A DNA stretch of 64,000 bases from an uncultured Anaerolineales bacterium (lineage in GTDB: Bacteria > Chloroflexota > Anaerolineae > Anaerolineales > RBG-16-64-43), in contig CAYGXJ010000040.1 of assembly GCA_964353865.1 (NCBI GenBank), forward strand, positions 36,329 through 100,328. The letters run 5' to 3'. Within the stretch, counting starts at the first letter, position 1, and each line of letters starts with the position of its first letter. Positions 57,171 through 64,000 of this stretch are shown here, in pieces. Position numbers and translations under genes: made by a program. A model generated the notes under the pieces. That model ran no database searches and was not told where the DNA came from. It worked only from the letters and a program-made list of their open reading frames with translations.

Positions 57171-57402
57171 CATGCCCTCGAAACGAGGGTGGGGGTTTGA
57201 AGGCGACGATTCCTTTCAGCAGCCTGTTAGTGGTAAGGCGCGCGCCCTGACGGGGCGGACCGCCTCGTTGTGCCGCTTGCACCCCTCCCGATGTGACTGT
57301 AGACTGGGCTCAACGCGCTCATTGCCGTGCGCCGACATGGCGGGAGTCCGAATCGATGCGCCACCTGCATTTCTCATCCGCCTCCCGGACAACTGATACC
57401 CG

Positions 57403-58128
57403 ATGACCGACCCGGGCCGTCGAGCCGCCAATCCGACCTCGCCACCGGTCATCCGCGCAGTCAATCTGCACAAGACCTACCCGCGCGGAAGGGAACAGGT
57501 CGAGGCGTTGCGCGGCGTGGACCTTGAAGTTGCCCGCGGCGCCTTTGTGGTTGTGCGGGGGCCGAGCGGGTCAGGCAAATCCACATTGCTCCACCTGCTG
57601 GGAGGGATCGATCGCCCGAGCCGCGGGAGTGTGGTGGTGAACGGTACCGCGCTCGAGGCGGCCAGCGAACGTGAGCTCACCCGGTTTCGCCGCGACCACG
57701 TCGGGTTCATCTTCCAGTTCTACAACCTTCTGCCGTCACTGTCCGCGCTCGACAACGTCATCCTGCCCTTGCTCGCCAAGCGCTGGCCGTTCGCCAGAGC
57801 CAGGCCGCGTGGACTAGAAATGCTGGCCCAGGTCGGGCTGGAAGCCCGGCGCGGCCATCTGCCGGGTGAGCTTTCGGGCGGCGAGCAGCAGCGGGTGGCC
57901 ATCGCCCGCGCGTTGATCGTGGAGCCGGAGGTCGTACTGGCGGATGAGCCGACGGGCGATCTCGATTCGGAATCGGCGCGCGGTGTGATGGATTTGATGT
58001 TCGAACTGAACCGGCGCAGCGGCACCACCTTTGTCGTGGCCACGCACAATCCGGACCTGGCTGCACGGGCGGACCGCGTCTTCGAACTGCGCGACGGCCG
58101 CATTCAGGCGGGCAAGGGGCAAGCCTAG
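57403..58128 (+). CDS. ABC transporter ATP-binding protein (MacB/LolD/FtsE-like)
   Basis: Walker A GPSGSGKST, FIFQFYNLLP, signature LSGGEQQRVAIARAL and Walker B VVLADEPTGDLD. Confidence 0.85.
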   Translation: MTDPGRRAANPTSPPVIRAVNLHKTYPRGREQVEALRGVDLEVARGAFVVVRGPSGSGKSTLLHLLGGIDRPSRGSVVVNGTALEAASERELTRFRRDHVGFIFQFYNLLPSLSALDNVILPLLAKRWPFARARPRGLEMLAQVGLEARRGHLPGELSGGEQQRVAIARALIVEPEVVLADEPTGDLDSESARGVMDLMFELNRRSGTTFVVATHNPDLAARADRVFELRDGRIQAGKGQA

Positions 58129-58130
58129 AG

Positions 58131-59255
58131 GTGCTGAGCGCCATTCGCTTTGCGTTGCGCGATCTCTATCACGACCGCGGGCGGACACTGCTCACCTTGC
58201 TCGGTCTGATCGTGATGGTGGTGAGCTACCTGCTGCTGTGGGGGCTTGCCGAAGCGTGCCGCGAGTATGGGCGGTGGCCGGTGCCCACCCGCAATCTCAT
58301 CCTGCTCTCCGCCGAGACGCTCGACCCGATGGACAGCACGATCGGCGCGGAGGCGTACTTGGCGGTTGGCGACCTGCCGCCGGGTCAGGTCGAACGTGTG
58401 TCGCCTTCGATCTTCCGGCACATGAACATCGCCGGTCCGGTGATGCAGGTGCGGGCTGTGCCGCGCCTGGATATGGAGCAGGTGCACTCGCTCACGCTGC
58501 TAGAGGGCGCGTGGCCACAGGCGACGGACGAACTGGTTGCGACCGAAGGTGCAATGCTAGCCGCCGGCTGGCAGGTCGGCCAGCACCTGCTGGTGTACGG
58601 CAGCGACTTTCGCCTGGTCGGCGCCGTGCGCGGCCCAGGGACGAAGTATGCCTCCCTGTGGATGACCTACGAGGCCGGCCGCCACCTGCTAGGCGACAGG
58701 CGGGGCGACCAGATGCTCTTTCTCAAGATCGCGGAAGGGACCAGCCCGGAGGAGGTACGCACGCGGCTCGCGGCCGATCCGCGAATCCAGGGTAAGTACG
58801 ACATCTACCTCGAAGATCAGCTGGCCGAGCGGCAAGCGCAGGCGCTTCAGGACCTGATCCGGTTACCCACGGTTCTGCTGGTCGTCGCCCTGCTCGCGAT
58901 CACTTTCGGCATCTACAACGCGACGAGCCTGACGCTTGCCGAGCGCGGCTGGGAGCTGGGCGCGTTGCGCGTCGTCGGGTTTGAAGTGGGCGTGCTGCGC
59001 CGCTTCTTGTACGTGCGCGCGCTGGTGATGGTGAGCGCGGCTTATGTCGTCGGTAGCCTGGTCGCGCTCGCCTATGTGACCGAGCAATCGCGAAACGCAC
59101 CGATCGTGATCCACGGAGTCGCACTTCTCATGCGCGTGCAGCCGGGCGCGGTTGCGCTCGGCCTGGCGCTCACCGCGCTCTTCGCCTACCTGGGCGTGTG
59201 GCTGCCGCTGTTGCAGCAATCGCGGCAGACCGTGGCTCAGGCTATTCGCCGCTGA
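58131..59255 (+). CDS. ABC transporter permease (FtsX/MacB-type)
   Basis: It has an N-terminal TM segment, a roughly 200-aa periplasmic domain and a C-terminal FtsX-like 3-TM bundle (LGALRVVGF...). Confidence 0.75.
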   Translation: MLSAIRFALRDLYHDRGRTLLTLLGLIVMVVSYLLLWGLAEACREYGRWPVPTRNLILLSAETLDPMDSTIGAEAYLAVGDLPPGQVERVSPSIFRHMNIAGPVMQVRAVPRLDMEQVHSLTLLEGAWPQATDELVATEGAMLAAGWQVGQHLLVYGSDFRLVGAVRGPGTKYASLWMTYEAGRHLLGDRRGDQMLFLKIAEGTSPEEVRTRLAADPRIQGKYDIYLEDQLAERQAQALQDLIRLPTVLLVVALLAITFGIYNATSLTLAERGWELGALRVVGFEVGVLRRFLYVRALVMVSAAYVVGSLVALAYVTEQSRNAPIVIHGVALLMRVQPGAVALGLALTALFAYLGVWLPLLQQSRQTVAQAIRR

Positions 59256-59264
59256 GGAGGATGG

Positions 59265-60362
59265 GTGGGGCTTGCCGCGATGCTGCGCATCGGCCTGGAT
59301 GAGATGCGCCGTCATTGGAAACTCATGCTGGCAACCTCCATGCTGATGGCCATATCAGCACTGGCCACATTTGTCCTGGTCGGCTACCGCGCGGGCCTTG
59401 CCCATGCCTTCTCCGACTTGGGCCGCCCATATCTCGTCGTGCAAGAGGAAGACAGCATGGGGGAGTTCTTGGGCAGCCGGATGCCGATGGAGGTCGGGCA
59501 ACGCTTGCTGGCGATCGGCTTGAGCCAAGTGGTTCCGGAAGTGCACACGCTGGTGGGCACCTCCTCTGAGAACGCCATGATGCTGCGTGGGGTCGATCTC
59601 AGGCAATACCGCGAGACCGAGTCTTTTTCCATGATCGCGGGGAATCCCCTCGCGGTCGGCAGCTTGCCCCGTTCCGCGATGATTGGCTCGCTATTGGCGG
59701 AGCGATTCCAGGTCGGCCCCGGTCAGTTGTTGAGGATTCGGGGGCGCGACTTCACAGTCGTCGGCGTTTTCGAAACTCGGACCTACATCGACAACGAGGC
59801 GTGGACCTCGCTCGAAGATGCGCAGGATGTGCTTGGGTGGGGCAGCGATGTTTCGGTGTTTGTGGTGCCCGATGAAGGTCGCTTGCACGAGGGTGATGCA
59901 TTGCCTGGTGGGATCGCCGTAGCGCGTCGTGGGGAAAGCGGCCGCCAGCTCAGCGAACACCTCGGCCCACTCGTAGATCTGTTCGCCGTGATTGCGCGAG
60001 CGCTTGGGGTCGCCTCGGCCCTGGCGCTGGGCAACGTGTTGTGGCGGCTGGCCTGGATTCGGCGGCGCGAGTTGGCCATCTTGCGTAGTGTGGGCTTTGA
60101 GGACTGGGCACTGGTCTGGTATTTGCTCGTCCAGGCGGCCGTGATCACTGCATTAGGCCTGGTCTTTGGCGCGCTGGGCACCCTGGCACTTGGGCCGGCG
60201 CTGCACCTCGCCGGTGCCGGTCTGACGATGAAACCCGAGTTCGATGTTCGCACAATCGCCATCGGCCTAACAGCCGTTGGGGCCGTGATGCTGGGTGGGA
60301 CGATCCTGCCCGCCCTGTGGGTTGGCCAGATGAATCTAGCGCGGCTGCTGCGCGTCGAATAG
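59265..60362 (+). CDS. ABC transporter permease (FtsX/MacB-type), second
   Basis: Same architecture as the preceding permease, with ELAILRSVGF in the FtsX domain. Confidence 0.75.
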   Translation: MGLAAMLRIGLDEMRRHWKLMLATSMLMAISALATFVLVGYRAGLAHAFSDLGRPYLVVQEEDSMGEFLGSRMPMEVGQRLLAIGLSQVVPEVHTLVGTSSENAMMLRGVDLRQYRETESFSMIAGNPLAVGSLPRSAMIGSLLAERFQVGPGQLLRIRGRDFTVVGVFETRTYIDNEAWTSLEDAQDVLGWGSDVSVFVVPDEGRLHEGDALPGGIAVARRGESGRQLSEHLGPLVDLFAVIARALGVASALALGNVLWRLAWIRRRELAILRSVGFEDWALVWYLLVQAAVITALGLVFGALGTLALGPALHLAGAGLTMKPEFDVRTIAIGLTAVGAVMLGGTILPALWVGQMNLARLLRVE

Positions 60363-60383
60363 TCGCCGCACAAGGAGAGTTCA

Positions 60384-61202
60384 GTGAACAAGCCGCTGCT
60401 CATGCCTCTGGTCCTTGCCGCCGCCCTATCCTCCGCCTGTCTGCTCACCACCTTGTCTCAAGGTGGCTCTCCCTCCGGAACACGCGAGCCAGGGTCGGGC
60501 GGAGAGACCGCGGCGCCCGGCGGCCTGTTCGGCAGGTCGCCCACGCCCACAGCTACGCTGGTTCCCTCCAAGCCGGTGAGCATTCGCGAAGGGCTGGCCA
60601 GCCTGAACAGCTATGTGCTCACCATCGACATGACCTCCTCCGGTCCCTCGCCGGCGGACCGGTCGCACATCATCTATGAAATGCAGTACTCACAGGATCT
60701 CGACGCGCGCATGGTGCACACAATTGTCGAGGTGAGTACGAAGGAGGACCCCGACCAGGACCCGGTGGACAGCATCTCCTACCGCATCGGCAATGGCGAG
60801 TGCATGGGATCTAAGGAGGACTGGACCTATACCCCGATGACGCCGGCGCAGCGTGAAATGGTCGACTTGGCGCAAGACATGTTGAACATCACCCCGCTGA
60901 TCGAAAACCCGACCTTCGTCGGCAGCGAGACCTTGAACGGAATCCTGACCAACCATTTCACCTTCACCCTGGCCGGGCTGGGAGTGAAGTCGGGCGCGGA
61001 GGTGACCGCCAATGAAGGTGAGTACTGGCTGGCCCAGGATGGCTTGTACATCGTGCGCTACCACCTGCTGGCGGAAACGCGCAGCGGCCCGCAAGCTGAG
61101 GTAATGCGCCAGGAAGTGCGGGTGGAAATGACCTCCATCAACCAACCGCTGACGATTGCCTTCAACGACTGGTGCCTCAAGGAGAAGGCTAAGGCCGAGT
61201 AG
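60384..61202 (+). CDS. lipoprotein, hypothetical
   Basis: GTG start after ACAAGGAGAG. Signal plus lipobox KPLLMPLVLAAALSSAC. No family call. Confidence 0.6.
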   Translation: MNKPLLMPLVLAAALSSACLLTTLSQGGSPSGTREPGSGGETAAPGGLFGRSPTPTATLVPSKPVSIREGLASLNSYVLTIDMTSSGPSPADRSHIIYEMQYSQDLDARMVHTIVEVSTKEDPDQDPVDSISYRIGNGECMGSKEDWTYTPMTPAQREMVDLAQDMLNITPLIENPTFVGSETLNGILTNHFTFTLAGLGVKSGAEVTANEGEYWLAQDGLYIVRYHLLAETRSGPQAEVMRQEVRVEMTSINQPLTIAFNDWCLKEKAKAE

Positions 61203-61460
61203 GCGCGACTCGTTGCCTCGCGCGCCGCATGCCCAAGGCACCGGGGCTGGCCTTGGTCAATACCGAGGCAGCCCCTCGCTTTTTCCGGCGGTGTGCTTCA
61301 CCGTTCAATGCATTGCCGGTTGTCCGAAACCGCCGTTGCGCTCAGCCCCCTCGAGCGGCGTGTGCCAGTTGGCTGGCTGTGTTTGGCCTTGCCCGAAAGG
61401 ACCCTCCCAAATTGGACAAAAATAGGTTAGTATGCATGTCCAACCAACAAGGAGAGTTCT

Positions 61461-62189
61461 GTGCACCCTACTACTCGTCAAGTCACGCCCACCGCGGCCG
61501 TCTTGGTGTTGATTCTGGCTGCTTGCAGCCCCTCAGCTTCGGCCACATCCGCACCCACGCAGACCATCGAAGCGCTTCCCGCCAGCACGATAGCTCCACT
61601 CGCAACTGAGGCGTCTCCGACGACAACCGAGCCTGCCAGCGGGAGCTCGGATCTCATGTTGTTCATCATCCGGCCCGAAGCCTCGCAAGCGCAATTCCAG
61701 ATCGATGAGGTTCTTGCCGGATCTCCGAATACGGTTACTGGCACGACCCACAATGTCGCCGGCGAAATCCGCCTCGACCCGGCCCACCCGGATGCCTCGC
61801 AGGTTGGGCCGATCACGGTCGAGACCGGCACGCTGGTCACCGATAATTCCTTTCGGAATCGCGCCATCAGCAGCTTCATTCTCCAGAGTGGCAAGTACCC
61901 GCTGGCGACCTTCACCCCGACCGCGCTGGCGGGCATGCCCGCTTCGGTAGCGGTGGGCGAGGCTTTCAAGTTCACCCTCACCGGAGATCTGACCCTGCGC
62001 GACATCACCAAGCTGGTAACCTTCGAGGTCTCTGTCACGGCCGAGGCGGCAGATCGCATCAGCGGAAAGGCCACGGCCACGGTGCAGCGCGCCGACTTCG
62101 GGCTGAGCATCCCCTCCGTCCCGCAGGTTGCGGGGGTTTCGGGGGACGTACTCCTCGAGTTCGACTTCACAGCCCTGCGGAGTGGCTAG
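61461..62189 (+). CDS. YceI-family lipoprotein
   Basis: Lipobox LILAAC. The YceI-like block reads SQAQFQIDEVLAG..NTVTGTTHNVAGEIRLD...TGDLTLRDITK...FGLS. Confidence 0.75.
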   Translation: MHPTTRQVTPTAAVLVLILAACSPSASATSAPTQTIEALPASTIAPLATEASPTTTEPASGSSDLMLFIIRPEASQAQFQIDEVLAGSPNTVTGTTHNVAGEIRLDPAHPDASQVGPITVETGTLVTDNSFRNRAISSFILQSGKYPLATFTPTALAGMPASVAVGEAFKFTLTGDLTLRDITKLVTFEVSVTAEAADRISGKATATVQRADFGLSIPSVPQVAGVSGDVLLEFDFTALRSG

Positions 62190-62227
62190 GTAACCCAATT
62201 CGATCCACCGGACCCGCGAAGATCAAC

Positions 62228-62266
62228 AAACCGGGGTGCCATCCGAGGCACCCCGGTTTCGTTCTT
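62228..62266. terminator. bidirectional intrinsic terminator
   Basis: AAACCGGGGTGCC-ATCCGA-GGCACCCCGGTTT is followed by CGTTCTT on the + strand and TTTGTTG on the - strand. It lies between the convergent genes ending at 62189 and 62347. Confidence 0.7.
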
Positions 62267-62346
62267 GGGCGTCGTGTGCGCCGCCGCTCAGGTTCAGAGC
62301 TCGTTGTCAGCGCTCGCGGAGTTTGAACGGCGGTATGCCACGACAG

Positions 62347-63249
62347 TCAGTTGTGTATCGGCACCAGCATGACCGGCACTGAGGTGCGGCTGGCAACTTT
62401 AGGCGGAACGCTGCGCGCCCAAAATGCCTGAGTGCCAAGAGTCCCATGCACTGCCATGACGATCAACCCGGCACGCGCGCGCTCAGCGGCCCGTACGATT
62501 TCTGTCGCCGGGTCCCCGCGTGCGCTCTCAACTGTGACCTTAATGTTGGGGGAGGGGAGCGACTTGGCCTGCCCCTGCAAATAAGTCTCGGCGGCTGCCT
62601 GGTCGAGGTCGAGCGCGGCGCGCATCGCACCCGGGAGCAGGCGGGCCGTGGCGGCCTGGTGCCCGGCTAGAGTCTCCGCGGTCGGGACAACCGTCATCAG
62701 GTGCAGGGACGCACCGCACGGGCGGGCCAACTGGGCGGCAATCGGCAGAGCCCGTGCATGCTCGGGGTCCGTGTCGAGTGGAACGAGAATGGTCGAGCAC
62801 AATAGATCATCGCTCGGAGCCGGCGCTTCCGGCTGGACGAGCAGCACCGGCGTTGCTCCCAGGGCGATCACCTGTTGGGCGATTGACCCGAAAAGCACGT
62901 CGCGCGGCCCGGGGCGGCCGTGAGGGCACATCACGATCAGGTCCGGTTGGAACTCATGCGTGTGCTCGACGATGCTGCGCGCCACATCGGTGACGGCTGC
63001 GGTGTGTACATGGGTTTGCACCTTCACCTGGCCGGGCAGCGACTCGCGCGCCACGCGTTCGAGGTAGGCGGCCGCTTCGGGGACGGTTGTCAGGTGCCGC
63101 TCGTGGTGTATCTGCTGCGGCGGGTCCTTCTCGATGACGTGCACCAGGGTCAGCGAGGATCCGAGCTTCGCGGCGAGGGTCGCCGCCACAGGCAAGGCGG
63201 CCTCCGCCAGGCGCGACCCATCCAGGGGGACCAGGATATGCTGGAACAT
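62347..63249 (-). CDS. universal stress protein, tandem UspA domains
   Basis: 300 aa with two Usp repeats (MFQHILVPLDGS...; ILVPLDTDPEH...) and the G-x2-G-x9-G(S/T)-type segment GRPGPRDVLFGSIAQQV. Confidence 0.8.
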   Translation of the reverse strand: MFQHILVPLDGSRLAEAALPVAATLAAKLGSSLTLVHVIEKDPPQQIHHERHLTTVPEAAAYLERVARESLPGQVKVQTHVHTAAVTDVARSIVEHTHEFQPDLIVMCPHGRPGPRDVLFGSIAQQVIALGATPVLLVQPEAPAPSDDLLCSTILVPLDTDPEHARALPIAAQLARPCGASLHLMTVVPTAETLAGHQAATARLLPGAMRAALDLDQAAAETYLQGQAKSLPSPNIKVTVESARGDPATEIVRAAERARAGLIVMAVHGTLGTQAFWARSVPPKVASRTSVPVMLVPIHN

Positions 63250-63253
63250 CGCC

Positions 63254-64000
63254 TCACCTCCCCCACAACGTCTGATAGATCAAGAACGCGTTGAGCGCGA
63301 CGATGAGGGCCGCGGCCGCCGAGGCAGCGGCCGTCGTCAGGCGACCGTTGACCAATGGACCCATGATCTGCTTGCTGCGGGTGAACTGGACGAGCGGGAT
63401 AACGGCAAACGGCAACCCGAAGCTCAACATCACCTGGCTGATCACCAGCGTGCGCGTGGGGTCGAGCCCGCTGGCGATGACGATGAGCGATGGCAGCATC
63501 GTCACCAGGCGCCGCAGCCAGGGCGGTATGTGGCGGTGCAGAAAGCCCTGCATGATGACCTGCCCGGCCATTGTTCCCACCGAAGCCGACGACAGCCCGG
63601 CCGCCAGAAGCGAAATCCCAAAGACCCAGCTCGCGGCCGACCCGAGCAGCGGCTCGAGGGTGCGGTAGGCCTCCTCGATCGAGGCGACCTGCGTCAAACC
63701 CTTGTAGAAGAAGGTGGAGGCGGCCATGATCAGCATCGCGATGTTGATCAGCCCCGCCAGACCCATCGCCAGCAGAACGTCGACAATCTCGTAGCGCAGC
63801 AGACGGCGCTGCTCGGGTGCATTCCGCGCAACGATGCGACCCTGCATCAGCGCCGAGTGCAGATAGATCGCATGCGGCATGACCGTCGCCCCGAGTATCC
63901 CGCAGGCCAATAGCACGCTCTCCGTGCCTTGGAATTGGGGTAAAACGGCATGCTTGAGCACCAACCCCCACGCCGGTTTGTCGAGGACGGTTTCAATGAG
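63254..64000 (-). CDS. mntH: Nramp-family divalent metal transporter, C-terminal part (5' end outside window)
   Basis: GILGATVMPHAIYLHSAL and downstream TM segments are typical of MntH/Nramp. The reading frame stays open to the window edge. Confidence 0.8.
   Translation of the reverse strand, partial: LIETVLDKPAWGLVLKHAVLPQFQGTESVLLACGILGATVMPHAIYLHSALMQGRIVARNAPEQRRLLRYEIVDVLLAMGLAGLINIAMLIMAASTFFYKGLTQVASIEEAYRTLEPLLGSAASWVFGISLLAAGLSSASVGTMAGQVIMQGFLHRHIPPWLRRLVTMLPSLIVIASGLDPTRTLVISQVMLSFGLPFAVIPLVQFTRSKQIMGPLVNGRLTTAAASAAAALIVALNAFLIYQTLWGR

Overview
This is a GC-rich bacterial chromosomal window. I recognised no rRNA, tRNA, CRISPR array, integrase or transposase. The gene content and repeat style look Chloroflexota-like, which I cannot verify. 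About 58 protein-coding genes are supportable; most other long ORFs in the track are antisense or out-of-frame shadows typical of high-GC DNA.

Layout:
- 1-29.1 kb: mixed metabolism. This includes a glycosyltransferase, fused ATP sulfurylase/APS kinase, glpK, an APC permease, galT, dodecin, a lipid kinase plus acyltransferase, GH114, three small membrane proteins, msrPQ, TetR plus two NAD(P) oxidoreductases, DUF2877, GH5 and an ABC-2 exporter.
- 29.5-38.7 kb: a defence-type island. It starts with a tightly packed five-gene + strand operon: an Mrr-cat nuclease with an odd signal-peptide-like N-terminus, a 69-aa basic protein, a DUF6361-like protein, a two-HKD PLD-family nuclease and an 1103-aa SNF2 helicase. 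A lipoprotein gene and a HEPN/MNT toxin-antitoxin cassette follow.
- 39.0-49.7 kb: an IclR-headed minus-strand catabolic operon. It holds an IolD-like TPP enzyme, a split transketolase, an RpiB/LacAB-like isomerase, two GPH symporters, a Gfo/Idh/MocA dehydrogenase and an FAD oxidoreductase.
- 50.5-54.7 kb: an ECF transporter with a coupled PfkB kinase.
- 55.4-64 kb: a saccharopine-dehydrogenase-like/cupin fusion ORF, a MacB/FtsX-type ABC system, two lipoproteins (one YceI), a tandem Usp and a partial Nramp.

The best candidate for a new or poorly described system is the translationally coupled DUF6361-like / PLD / SNF2 triad at 30454..36795, together with its upstream Mrr-cat and small-protein genes.

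Other notable structure:
- A modular family of palindromic intergenic repeats, some of which supply gene 3' ends.
- A diverged duplication (lipoprotein gene plus downstream non-coding segment) that brackets the catabolic operon. It also exposes the HEPN/MNT cassette as a clean roughly 1.2-kb insertion.
- An AT-rich, near-leaderless promoter with GTATAC operators in front of the MNT gene.
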